Assembly: GCA_963781675.1 (NCBI GenBank)
Contig: CAWAGF010000001.1
Coordinates: 764,280-828,279 of the forward strand
DNA length: 64,000 nt
Direction of reading: 5' to 3'
DNA from: an uncultured Actinomycetota bacterium
Lineage (GTDB): Bacteria; Actinomycetota; Actinomycetes; Mycobacteriales; SCTD01
Shown here: one piece after another, positions 10,969-23,812 of the stretch
How the letters are laid out: each line of letters starts with the position of its first letter
Numbering within the stretch: the first letter of the stretch is position 1
Position numbers and translations under genes: made by a program
The notes under the pieces: generated by a model
The model's input: the letters and a program-made list of their open reading frames with translations, nothing else
What the model was told of the DNA's origin: nothing
Database searches by the model: none

Positions 10969-11393
10969 TCGTCGTGCCGGCCGGACCGGCCGCGCTTGAC
11001 CTCGGAGCGCTGGCGCTTGCCCTCGAGGCGGCGCTCCTTCGAGCCGCGCGTCGGCTTCGTCGGCCGGCGCGGAGCGGGCGGCGGTGACACGGCCTCGCGC
11101 AGCAGCTGGGCCAGTCGCTGCTCGGCCGCCTCCCGGTTCTGCAGCTGGCTGCGGTGCTCGCTGGCGGCCACCGTCAGGACGCCGTCGACCAGCCGGCCGG
11201 CCAGCCGCTCCAGGGCCCGCGCCCGCAGCAGGTCCGACAGCACCGGCGAGCGCGCCACGTCGAAGCTGAGCTCCGCGCGGCTGTCGGTGGTGTTCACGCC
11301 CTGCCCGCCGGGGCCGGACGAGCGCGAGAAGCGCCAGGACAGCTCGGCCTCCGGGACGACCAGGCGCGAGGTCACCTGCAGCGGTCCGGGCAC
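10965..11393 (-). CDS. arfB: alternative ribosome-rescue factor ArfB (class I release-factor-like peptidyl-tRNA hydrolase)
   Basis: 142-aa ORF with the GGQ motif ([14 protein letters not shown]) and a basic C-terminal tail. Confidence 0.85.
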   Translation of the reverse strand: MPGPLQVTSRLVVPEAELSWRFSRSSGPGGQGVNTTDSRAELSFDVARSPVLSDLLRARALERLAGRLVDGVLTVAASEHRSQLQNREAAEQRLAQLLREAVSPPPAPRRPTKPTRGSKERRLEGKRQRSEVKRGRSGRHDD

Positions 11394-11425
11394 GTGCCGA
11401 GCATGGCAGGGGGAAGGATCGCGCC

Positions 11426-13378
<1,953 letters not shown>

Positions 13379-13437
13379 ACGACGTCACGTTTTGCTTCTG
13401 CGCAGGTGTAATCATGTAAGCAATGTGAGCGAGGGGG

Positions 13438-14013
13438 ATGGACATGGGTCCGAGGAACGAGCGCGGCGCAGGCCGCGGAGCAGGAGCAGGACGGCAGGAG
13501 GTGCCGCTGCCGGCCGCCGACGGGGTCGCCGGCTGGTTCGCCGGGCGGCTGCCGGACGGCTGGTTCGAGGGGGCCGCCGAGGTGGTCGTCGACCGCGACG
13601 AGGTCCTCGTCGTCGGGACGCTGGCCGCACCGGAGGCCGCGGGCGACGCCGTCGCCGCCGCCGAGGCCGAGGCCGGCCGCATCGCGCGGTTCCGCGAGGA
13701 CACCCGCGAGGAGCGGATGCGCATCGCGCGGGAGGCCGAGCACCGCTACGGTCGCAAGGTCGCCTGGGGCGCGAGCGCCGGCGGCACCCGGCAGCTGTTC
13801 ACCACGCTGTCGGTGCCGGTCATGACGCGGCTGCGCCAGCCCGAGCGGCTGGTGCTCGACACCCTGGTGGACAGCGGGGTGGCCCGCAGCAGGTCCGAGG
13901 CGCTCGCCTGGTGCGTACGGCTCGTCGGGCAGAACGCCGGCACCTGGCTGGACGAGCTGCGCGACGCGATGCAGGCCGTCGAGCGGGTGCGCGCGGCAGG
14001 ACCTGCCACGTAA
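13438..14013 (+). CDS. hypothetical protein
   Basis: 191-aa ORF preceded by the most AT-rich intergenic stretch in the window. The composition is protein-like. I recognise no motif with certainty; the C-terminus may be ribbon-helix-helix-like. Confidence 0.5.
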   Translation: MDMGPRNERGAGRGAGAGRQEVPLPAADGVAGWFAGRLPDGWFEGAAEVVVDRDEVLVVGTLAAPEAAGDAVAAAEAEAGRIARFREDTREERMRIAREAEHRYGRKVAWGASAGGTRQLFTTLSVPVMTRLRQPERLVLDTLVDSGVARSRSEALAWCVRLVGQNAGTWLDELRDAMQAVERVRAAGPAT

Positions 14014-14111
14014 CCGTCAAGCCCCCGGCGCTCCCGCCGACAACAGGGAGGACGGGTCCGGACCGTCTCTGATCAGCGGCCCGGGCCCGCCGACCTGTGC
14101 GGCAGGGGGAG

Positions 14112-14792
14112 CTAGGCCGCCGCGCCGTACGTCGCGAACGACACCGCGACGTAGTGCGTGACGAACGCCAGCAGCGTGAAGGCGTGGAAGACCTCGTGGA
14201 AGCCGAACCACCGCGGTGACGGGTCCGGGCGGCGCAGCGCGTAGACGACGGCGCCCAGGCTGTAGAACAGCCCGCCGACGAGCAGCAGCACCACGACCGC
14301 CAGGCCGCCGCTCTCGTGCAGCTGGGGGATGACGCCGAGCGCCACCCAGCCGAGCAGCAGGTAGAGCCCGGTGAACAGCCAGCGGGCCGGGCGGCGCACC
14401 GCGTTGCGCAGCACGACGCCCACCGCGGCGCCGCCCCAGACGACGCCGAAGACGACCCAGCGCGCGGTTCCCTCGAGCAGCAGCAGGGCGAACGGCGTGT
14501 AGGTGCCGGCGATGAGGATGAAGATCATCGAGTGGTCGAGCCGCTGCATGACGGTGTGCGCGCGGCCCTGCCACGGGCCGCGGTGGAAGGCGGCCGAGGT
14601 CCCGAACAGCAGCGCGACGCTGACGGCGTAGACGACCGCAGCGGTCCGCGCGCGGGCACCCTCGGCCAGGCACACCAGGACGGTGCCGGTCACCAGCGAG
14701 ACCGCGAAGGCCGCCTCGTGCAGCACGCCCCGCAGGCGGGGCTTCAGGGCGGCGGCGAGCTCGTGCACCCTGGCTTCTACGGCGTCCTGCAC
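14112..14792 (-). CDS. hemolysin III / PAQR family membrane protein
   Basis: Seven hydrophobic segments, with the family motifs [17 protein letters not shown] and [14 protein letters not shown] at 14792 with AGGAGA upstream is the preferred start. The ORF could extend to 14858. Confidence 0.8.
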   Translation of the reverse strand: MQDAVEARVHELAAALKPRLRGVLHEAAFAVSLVTGTVLVCLAEGARARTAAVVYAVSVALLFGTSAAFHRGPWQGRAHTVMQRLDHSMIFILIAGTYTPFALLLLEGTARWVVFGVVWGGAAVGVVLRNAVRRPARWLFTGLYLLLGWVALGVIPQLHESGGLAVVVLLLVGGLFYSLGAVVYALRRPDPSPRWFGFHEVFHAFTLLAFVTHYVAVSFATYGAAA

Positions 14793-14929
14793 GGGTCTCC
14801 TGCGTCGGTCCCTGGTGGCGGATCCCACAGCGCTGCGATCAGCGCCCACGGGTAGCATCCCCCTACTCGTCCGGACAGGGAACTCGTGCCTTCCCGCCCC
14901 TGTCGGACCACCTCGACGGAGAGGCAGAC

Positions 14930-16753
14930 ATGACGACCGCGTCCACGATCCCGGGGCTCGACGCCGCGCCCACCAAGAACACCAAGCTGGTCGAGTGGGT
15001 GCGTGAGATCGCGCTGCTCACCAAGCCCGAGCGGGTCGAGTGGTGCGACGGCTCCGAGGAGGAGTGGCAGCGCCTGACCACGCTGCTCGTCGAGCAGGGC
15101 ACCTTCCTCAAGCTGGACGAGAGCAAGCGGCCGAACAGCTTCTACGCCAAGTCCGACCCCACCGACGTCGCGCGCGTCGAGGACCGCACCTTCATCTGCT
15201 CGGAGAAGGAGGCGGACGCCGGCCCGACCAACAACTGGATGGCGCCGGACGAGATGCGCGCCACCCTCAAGCCGCTGTTCGACGGCTGCATGCGCGGTCG
15301 CACGATGTACGTCGTCCCGTTCAGCATGGGCCCGCTCGGCTCGCAGATCAGCCAGCTCGGCGTCGAGATCACCGACAGCCCGTACGTCGTGGTGTCGATG
15401 AAGATCATGACCCGCATGGGCAAGGCCGCCCTGGACCAGATCGGCGACGAGGGCTTCTTCGTCCCCGCCGTGCACACCGTGGGCGCCCCGCTCGAGGCCG
15501 GCCAGGCCGACGTGCCGTGGCCCTGCAGCGACACCAAGTACATCGTCCACTTCCCCGAGACCCGCGAGATCTGGTCCTTCGGCTCCGGCTACGGCGGCAA
15601 CGCCCTGCTCGGCAAGAAGTGCTTCGCGCTGCGCATCGCCTCGGTGATGGCGCGCGACGAGGGCTGGATGGCCGAGCACATGCTCATCCTCAAGCTCACG
15701 CCGCCGAGCGGCGAGCCGCGCTACGTCACCGCCGCGTTCCCGAGCGCCTGCGGCAAGACCAACCTCGCGATGCTCACCCCGACCATCCCGGGCTGGAAGG
15801 TCGAGACCGTCGGCGACGACATCGCCTGGATGCGCTTCGGCGACGACGGCCGGCTGTACGCGATCAACCCCGAGGCCGGCTTCTTCGGCGTCGCGCCCGG
15901 CACCGGCGTGGACACCAACGCCAACGCCGTGGACACCTTCTACGGCAACAGCATCTTCACCAACGTCGCGCTGACCGACGACGGCGACGTGTGGTGGGAG
16001 GGCCTGACGGAGGAGCCCCCGGCGCACCTCGTCGACTGGAAGGGCAACGACTGGACGCCCCAGTCCGAGACCCCGGCCGCGCACCCGAACGCCCGCTTCA
16101 CCACCCCCGCCGGGCAGTGCCCGACCATCGCGCCGGAGTGGGAGGACCCGAAGGGCGTCCCGATCTCGGCGATCCTGTTCGGCGGCCGGCGCGCCACCGC
16201 GGTGCCGCTCGTGACCGAGGCCTTCGACTGGCAGCACGGCACCTTCCTCGGCGCCTCGGTCTCCTCGGAGACGACCGCAGCGGCCGCCGGCGCCATCGGC
16301 CAGCTGCGCCGCGACCCCTTCGCCATGCTGCCGTTCTGCGGCTACAACATGGGCGACTACATGGGCCACTGGCTCGAGATGGGCGAGAAGGCCACCGGCC
16401 AGCTGCCGCGCATCTACTACGTCAACTGGTTCCGCAAGGACGACAGCGGCAAGTGGCTGTGGCCCGGGTTCGGCGAGAACAGCCGCGTCCTCAAGTGGAT
16501 CATCGGCCGCATCGACGGCCAGGCCGACGGCGTCGAGACCCCCATCGGCGTCCTGCCGACCAAGGAGGCCCTCGACCTGGACGGGCTCGACATGCCCGAG
16601 GCCGACCTCGACCTGCTGCTCTCCGTGGACACCGACGTGTGGAAGAAGGAGGCCGCGCTCATGCCCGAGTACTTCGCGCAGTTCGGCGACCACCTGCCGC
16701 AGGCCATCACGGCCGAGCACGCCGCTCTCGTGGAGCGCCTCGAGAAGAGCTAG
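14930..16753 (+). CDS. pckG: phosphoenolpyruvate carboxykinase (GTP)
   Basis: 607-aa ORF with FPSACGKTN (kinase-1a) and WMRFG...[13 protein letters not shown], as in GTP-type PEPCK. Confidence 0.95.
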   Translation: MTTASTIPGLDAAPTKNTKLVEWVREIALLTKPERVEWCDGSEEEWQRLTTLLVEQGTFLKLDESKRPNSFYAKSDPTDVARVEDRTFICSEKEADAGPTNNWMAPDEMRATLKPLFDGCMRGRTMYVVPFSMGPLGSQISQLGVEITDSPYVVVSMKIMTRMGKAALDQIGDEGFFVPAVHTVGAPLEAGQADVPWPCSDTKYIVHFPETREIWSFGSGYGGNALLGKKCFALRIASVMARDEGWMAEHMLILKLTPPSGEPRYVTAAFPSACGKTNLAMLTPTIPGWKVETVGDDIAWMRFGDDGRLYAINPEAGFFGVAPGTGVDTNANAVDTFYGNSIFTNVALTDDGDVWWEGLTEEPPAHLVDWKGNDWTPQSETPAAHPNARFTTPAGQCPTIAPEWEDPKGVPISAILFGGRRATAVPLVTEAFDWQHGTFLGASVSSETTAAAAGAIGQLRRDPFAMLPFCGYNMGDYMGHWLEMGEKATGQLPRIYYVNWFRKDDSGKWLWPGFGENSRVLKWIIGRIDGQADGVETPIGVLPTKEALDLDGLDMPEADLDLLLSVDTDVWKKEAALMPEYFAQFGDHLPQAITAEHAALVERLEKS

Positions 16754-16771
16754 TACGCCCCGCTTCGTCCC

Positions 16772-16799
16772 GACGCCCCGCTCCTTCGAGCGGGGCGTC
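16772..16799 (+). terminator. intrinsic terminator hairpin after pckG
   Basis: Perfect 12-bp stem GACGCCCCGCTC / GAGCGGGGCGTC with a CTTC loop, 19 nt after the pckG stop. There is no U-tract, which is common in high-GC actinobacteria. Confidence 0.6.
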
Positions 16800-16849
16800 C
16801 GGCGTTCCAGGGGTTGCCCGGCCCCCGGCCGGACAGGACGATCACCACC

Positions 16850-17446
16850 ATGGCCGAGCTGCGCTGCGTCGACGGGTCCGTCCTGTCCGTGCTGCCGGAG
16901 CCGTGCCTCGGTCGTGACGGCGTGCCGTACGAGGTGACGCTGCGGCTCGAGCGCGACGGCCAGCAGGTCGGCGCCGTGGGCGAGCGGTGCGGCTTCTTCC
17001 TCGCGCAGACCGCGGCCCGGCTGCGGGCGGTGCACGGCTTCCCGGCGAGCGGCCTCGAGGCGGGGCTGCGGGCGTGGGCCGCGGACCACGGCGCGGACGC
17101 CGACGAGGCGTGGTCCGGGTTCGCGCGGTACCTGCCGCGCGACCGCGAGGTCCTCGCCTTCCGGTCCCGCGACCCGGACGACGTCTCCTCGGCGGGCGAG
17201 CTGCGGGTCGTGCTGCGCGAGGAGCGGTCGTGGGCGCCGGCCCGCGAGGACGGCGGCCGCGGCGGCTGGCGGCTGCGCCGGCTGGCCGTCGTCGAGGCGT
17301 GGGACGCCGGCGGCCGGGGCGTGCGCTCGGTGCTCGACCGGGACGGCCTGCTCGCCTTCCTCGACCGGCTGCTGGCCGACTGCGCCGCGGCCGGGGTGCC
17401 CTACGACGACGACGCGGTCAGCGGGGTGCGCCGCCCGGTCGGGTGA
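16850..17446 (+). CDS. hypothetical protein
   Basis: ATG at 16850 (MAELRCVDGS). The ORF could start at TTG 16814. No recognisable motif. Confidence 0.4.
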   Translation: MAELRCVDGSVLSVLPEPCLGRDGVPYEVTLRLERDGQQVGAVGERCGFFLAQTAARLRAVHGFPASGLEAGLRAWAADHGADADEAWSGFARYLPRDREVLAFRSRDPDDVSSAGELRVVLREERSWAPAREDGGRGGWRLRRLAVVEAWDAGGRGVRSVLDRDGLLAFLDRLLADCAAAGVPYDDDAVSGVRRPVG

Positions 17447-17533
17447 CGGCGCCGCAGCGGGTCACCCCATCGGGTGGCTCAGCCCGAGCCCCTTCCCGCC
17501 GATCACCGTCCGGAGGGAGAGGAGGGGTCTGTC

Positions 17534-19444
<1,911 letters not shown>

Positions 19445-19468
19445 GCGCCTGCGCGTTAGGGTTCGACC

Positions 19469-20242
19469 GTGGGCCTGAGGGACGTCGCGTACGCCGCGTA
19501 CGAGCGCCGTCTGGCGCGCTCCCTCGAGCGCAGCGGCGCCCCCGTCCCGCGGCACGTCGGCGTCATCGTCGACGGCAACCGGCGGTGGGCCAAGGAGCTG
19601 GGCCTCGACGACCCGAACCAGGGCCACCGCGTCGGCGCGCGCAAGATCCGCGACCTGCTCGGCTGGTGCGACGACGCCGGCGTCGACCTGGTCACGCTGT
19701 GGCTGCTGTCCACCGACAACCTCAGCCGGCCCGAGCCCGAGCTCGCCCCGCTGCTGCGCATCATCGAGGGCCTGGTGAGCGACCTGGCCGGACCGCAGGG
19801 CCGCTGGACGATCCGCATCGTGGGCGCGCTGGACCTGCTGCCCGCCGAGACGGCCCGCGTCCTGAAGGAGGCCGCGTCCGGCACGGAGGGGCGCCCGGGC
19901 GTCGAGGTGAACGTCGCCGTCGGGTACGGCGGCCGCCGCGAGATCGCCGACGCGGTGCGGTCGATGCTGCAGGCGCACGCCGCCGAGGGCCGCACCCTCG
20001 AGGAGGTCGCCGACCTGCTCGACGTCGAGCACATCAGCGAGCACCTCTACACCCGCGGCCAGCCCGACCCCGACCTCGTGATCCGCACCAGCGGCGAGCA
20101 GCGGCTGTCGGGCTTCCTGCTCTGGCAGAGCGCGCACAGCGAGTTCTACTTCTGCGAGGCGTTCTGGCCCGACTTCCGGCGGGTGGACTTCCTGCGCGCG
20201 CTGCGGGCGTACGCCGCGCGCCAGCGCCGCTTCGGCACGTGA
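19469..20242 (+). CDS. uppS: cis-prenyltransferase (isoprenyl/undecaprenyl diphosphate synthase family)
   Basis: 257-aa ORF with IVDGNRRWA and RTSGEQRLSGFLLWQ motifs. It may be the short-chain Z-prenyl diphosphate synthase paralogue (position like Rv1086) rather than the true UppS. Confidence 0.8.
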   Translation: MGLRDVAYAAYERRLARSLERSGAPVPRHVGVIVDGNRRWAKELGLDDPNQGHRVGARKIRDLLGWCDDAGVDLVTLWLLSTDNLSRPEPELAPLLRIIEGLVSDLAGPQGRWTIRIVGALDLLPAETARVLKEAASGTEGRPGVEVNVAVGYGGRREIADAVRSMLQAHAAEGRTLEEVADLLDVEHISEHLYTRGQPDPDLVIRTSGEQRLSGFLLWQSAHSEFYFCEAFWPDFRRVDFLRALRAYAARQRRFGT

Positions 20243-21407
20243 ACCTCGTCCACGAGTACGTCCGGCTGGGGCTCGCCTTCGACCGGCTGGAGCGCGGCTT
20301 CGTCGACGCGTGGACCGGCCCCGCCGCCGTGCGCGCCGACGTCGAGTCCGGCCCGCTGCCGAGCGCGGCGGGCCTCGCCGCGCGGGCACGGGACCTGCTG
20401 CGCGAGCTCCCGTCCGCGGGTCTGTCGCCGGAGCGGACCGCGTTCCTGGAGGGGCAGCTGACCGGGCTGCACGCCAGCGGCCGGGTCATGGCCGGCGAGC
20501 AGATCGCCTACCTGGACCAGGTCGAGGCGTACTTCCAGGTCCGGCCGGCCCTCGAGGCGGTCGAGACGTACGAGGCCGCCCACCGGGCGCTGGACGACCT
20601 GCTGCCCGGCGACGGGCCGCTGCCCGAGCGCTACAACGCCTATCGCGACGGCGCGTCCGTGCCCGTCGACCGGCTGGCCGAGGCGGTCCGCTCCTGGTCG
20701 ACACTGCTGCGCGAGCGCACCCGCGCGCGCGTTCCCGCTGCCGGACGAGGAGGTCGTCGAGTACGAGGTCGTGTCCGACAAGCCGTGGGCCGGCTTCAAC
20801 TACTACCGCGGCGGCTTCCGCAGCACCGTCGCCATCAACGCCGACCTGCCGGTGAGCCTCGGGATCCTGCCGGCGCTCGTCGCGCACGAGAGCTATCCCG
20901 GCCACCACACCGAGCGGTGCCGCAAGCAGGCCGGTCACGCCGACCTGCCGGAGCTCGACCTCTGGCTGGTGAACACCCCCGAGAACGTGCTCGCCGAGGG
21001 GCTGGCCGACCTCGGCCTGCGGGGGCTGGACCTCGCCGACTGGGGACCGCTCGCCACGGAGCTCTACGCCGACCTCGGCATCCGGTACGACGGCGAGCGT
21101 GGTCACCGGATCGCCTCTGCTGCAGCCGATCTCGGCGCCGCGCAGCAGGACGCCGCGATCCTGCTCCACGACCGCGGGCGCCTCGCCGGAGCAGGCGCAG
21201 GAGCACCTCGAGCGCTGGGCGCTGCAGTCGCCGGCCAGGGCGGGCAAGGCGGTCGAGTTCCTCACCGACCCGCTGTGGCGGGCCTACATCTCGACCTACG
21301 TCGAGGGCGAGCGGCTGCTGTCGCGGTGGCTGGACGAGGGCGGGGAGTTCGTGCGGCTGCTCGACGAGCAGCTGACGCCGCGAGCGCTGGCTGCCGAGGT
21401 CGCCTGA
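20239..21407 (+). pseudogene. DUF885-like protein (HExxPGHH motif), frame broken twice
   Basis: GTG at 20239 overlaps the uppS stop. The protein reads through three frames: ...LLRERTRAR | FPLPDEEVVEYEVVSDKPWAGFNYY...AHESYPGHHTE...LLHDRG | SPEQAQEHLERWAL...AAEVA. The breaks are near 20722-20731 and 21175-21182. The 1169-nt span is 3n+2. Confidence 0.55.
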
Positions 21408-21517
21408 CGCTGCGGCGTGGCGCGCGCCCACGGGGTCGGGCGGGTCCTACCGTCCGTACCAGCGGCCGGCAGTCCGTCGGTCGCTCGGGAGGCCCGATGT
21501 GCGCACCTGCACGCGAA

Positions 21518-21536
21518 GGGGCCGGCGCCCGGCCCC
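21518..21536 (+). terminator. hairpin downstream of the DUF885-like gene
   Basis: GGGGCCGG-cgc-CCGGCCCC, a perfect 8-bp stem. Confidence 0.35.
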
Positions 21537-21581
21537 GCGGCCCGGTCCCGGTCTGACAGGCAGGCGCGCCGGGAGCTCCTC

Positions 21582-22863
21582 GTGAAGACCTTCGTGCTCG
21601 ACACGTCCGTCCTGCTGTCCGACCCGGGGGCGCTCGCCCGCTTCGACGAGCACGAGGTGGTGCTCCCGCTCGTCGTCGTCAGCGAGCTCGAGGGCAAGCG
21701 CGACCACCCCGAGCTCGGCTGGTTCGCCCGGCAGGCGCTGCGGGTCCTGGACGACCTGCGCGTCGCGCACGGCCGCCTCGACCAGCCGATCCCGATGGCG
21801 CAGGGCACCGTGCGGGTCGAGCTCAACCACGTCGACACCTCGACGCTGCCGTCCGGCATCCGGGGGACCGACGGCGACAGCCGCATCCTCGCCGTGGCCG
21901 CGAACCTCGCCGCCGAGGGCGCCGACGTCGTGCTCGTCTCGAAGGACCTGCCGCTGCGCGTGAAGGCCGCCTCGATCGGGCTCATGGCGCAGGAGTACCG
22001 CGCCGAGCTCGCCGCCTCCAGCGGCTGGACGGGCATGGCCGAGCTGGAGGTCGCGGGCAGCGACCTCGACCTGCTCTACGCCGACGGCCGGCTCGACCTG
22101 CGAGGAGGCGCGCGAGCTGCCGACCCACACCGGGCTGGTGCTGCTGTCCGAGCGGGGCAGCGGCCTCGGCCGGGTCGCCCCCGACAAGAGCGTGCGGCTG
22201 GTCCGCGGCGACCGCGACGCGTTCGGCGTGCACGGCCGCTCCGCCGAGCAGCGCATCGCCATCGACCTGCTGCTCGACCCGGAGATCGGGATCGTCTCGC
22301 TCGGCGGCCGGGCCGGCACCGGCAAGTCCGCCCTCGCCCTGTGCGCCGGTCTCGAGTCGGTCCTCGAGCGCCGCGCCCACAAGAAGATCGTGGTCTTCCG
22401 GCCGCTGTACGCCGTCGGCGGCCAGGAGCTCGGCTACCTCCCCGGCGACGCCGGCGAGAAGATGGGCCCCTGGGCGCAGGCGGTCTTCGACACGCTCGGC
22501 GCCCTGGTCGCGCCCGAGGTCGTCGAGGAGGTCATGGCGCGGGGCCTGCTCGAGGTCCTGCCCCTGACGCACATCCGCGGCCGCTCGCTGCACGACTCGT
22601 TCGTCATCGTCGACGAGGCGCAGTCGCTCGAGCGCGGCGTGCTGCTGACGGTGCTGTCGCGCCTCGGTCAGGGCTCGCGGGTCGTGCTGACGCATGACGT
22701 CGCCCAGCGCGACAACCTGCGCGTCGGCCGGCACGACGGCGTGGCCGCGGTCATCGAGGCGCTCAAGGGGCACCCGCTGTTCGCCCACGTCACGCTCACC
22801 CGCTCCGAGCGGTCGCCGATCGCCGCGCTGGTGACCGAGATGCTCGAGGACCTGCCGCTCTAG
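21582..22863 (+). pseudogene. phoH2: PhoH2 (N-terminal PIN domain fused to a PhoH ATPase), frame broken by a 1-nt insertion near 22101
   Basis: GTG at 21582 ([18 protein letters not shown]-like). After ...[10 protein letters not shown] the protein continues in the next frame as [15 protein letters not shown]... with Walker A GRAGTGKS and IVDEAQ. The 1282-nt span is 3n+1. Confidence 0.85.
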
Positions 22864-23547
22864 TCGCTCTCGGGGAGCCGTCCCTCGGGCGGGACGTCCC
22901 GGCGGACGGTCGACCGGTGGCCGGCCATCGCGACGTCGCCGTCCCCGCCGACGGTGACGCCGCCGGTGACCTCGACGCCCTCGTCGTGGACCGTCTTGAC
23001 GACCGTCGCGCCGGCCCGGACGACGACGTCCTCGAGCAGCACGCTGTCGACGACCTCGGCCCCCGCCTCGACCTTGGCCCCGCGGCTGAGCACGGAGCGG
23101 GTGACGGTGCCGGCCACCTCCGCGCCGGCGGACAGCAGGCTGTCCGACACCTGGGCGCCGGCTCGTACGACCGCGGCCTTGGCACACCGCCGCCCTTGGT
23201 GCGCAGCGGCCACTCCGGGTCGCCCGGGTCGAAGGGCGGGTCGGCCTGCAGTCGCCCTGGCGCGGGTGGGGCAGCAGCAGCCCGCCCGTCGTCCGGTCGA
23301 GGTCCCACGGCCGGCCGTTCGACAGGTGGTGCCGCAGCGACGTGCGTCTGCTCGACGATCCAGGCGTCGGACATGCCGGAGTTCGGGACGTTCGACAGCA
23401 CCACGCCGATCAGCCGATGGTGCCCGGCGTACTCCTTCCCGAAAAAGGTTCGCGAACCCGCGCGAGGTTCTCGGGGGAGCCCCGTTGCATGGGGTGTAGG
23501 GCGGCGACGGGCCGCCTCGCCAGAAGGAGAACCCCCTTGAAGCGCAT
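22860..23547 (-). pseudogene. decayed glucose-1-phosphate adenylyltransferase (GlgC)-family nucleotidyltransferase gene
   Basis: Fragments lie in at least 4 different frames. They read MRFKGVLLLA..., then FFGKEYAGHHRLIGVVLSNVPNSGMSDAWIVEQ, then SLRHHLSNGRPWDLDRTTGGLLLLPHPRQGD. These are followed directly by LQADPPFDPGDPEWPLRTKGGG and the beta-helix tail AKAAVVRAGAQVSDSLLSAGAEVAGTV...SVLLEDVVVRAGATV. The central catalytic portion (about 150 aa or more) is missing. Confidence 0.6.
23447..23458. promoter_or_regulatory. perfect 12-bp palindrome GGTTCGCGAACC upstream of the small peptide gene
   Basis: Read directly from the sequence. It lies 79 nt upstream of the TTG start. A third GGTTC half-site follows 8 nt downstream, and GAAAAA precedes it. 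Confidence 0.3.
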
Positions 23548-23698
23548 CGCTCTCGCCGCCGCCGCTCTGTCGATCGCCGCCCTCGGCGCCTTCGCCGCCC
23601 CGGCCTCCGCCGCGGGCCAGGTCTGCCTCACCACCGACGTCAACGTCGCCGGCACGGCTGCCCCCACCAACGGCACCAACTGCGTCGACACCCCCTAG
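23537..23698 (+). CDS. 53-aa secreted peptide precursor (signal peptide + 28-aa two-Cys mature part)
   Basis: TTG start 6 nt after GAAGGAGA. Nearly all third codon positions are G/C. The Sec-type signal MKRIALAAAALSIAALGAFAAPASA is followed by AGQVCLTTDVNVAGTAAPTNGTNCVDTP. Confidence 0.6.
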   Translation: MKRIALAAAALSIAALGAFAAPASAAGQVCLTTDVNVAGTAAPTNGTNCVDTP

Positions 23699-23715
23699 TA
23701 CGACCCCTCAGACGT

Positions 23716-23759
23716 CCGAGGGCCCGCTTCCCCTGCTGGGTGGGGACGCGGGCCCTCGG
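23716..23759 (+). terminator. strong stem-loop (terminator/attenuator) between the peptide gene and the kinase gene
   Basis: Perfect 12-bp outer stem CCGAGGGCCCGC / GCGGGCCCTCGG, plus an inner CCCC/GGGG pair. It begins 18 nt after the peptide stop. Confidence 0.55.
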
Positions 23760-23812
23760 CGCGTCCGGGTGTCGTCCGTGCGCGCTTCCGCTGACGGCGG
23801 CATGCTTCGGCG

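Noticed and set aside
13379-13437. AT-rich patch (ttttgcttctgcgcaggtgtaatcatgtaagcaatgtgagc) as a sigma-70-type promoter.
   Set aside because: TTGCTT and TAATCA/TGTAAG hexamers are present, but their spacing does not give a convincing -35/-10 pair. It is left unannotated.
14874-14904. Hairpin GACAGGG...CCCTGTC in the pckG leader.
   Set aside because: The stem is only 7 bp with a 17-nt loop, which is expected by chance in GC-rich DNA. No riboswitch-like conservation could be recognised.
23612-23695. Resemblance of the mature peptide (C-x18-C, V.V.G...P..G..C) to the C-terminal half of a chaplin domain (C-x17-C in the chaplins I remember).
   Set aside because: The spacing differs by one residue, the N-terminal half of the chaplin domain is absent, and I cannot align it properly without tools. 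This is too weak to call.
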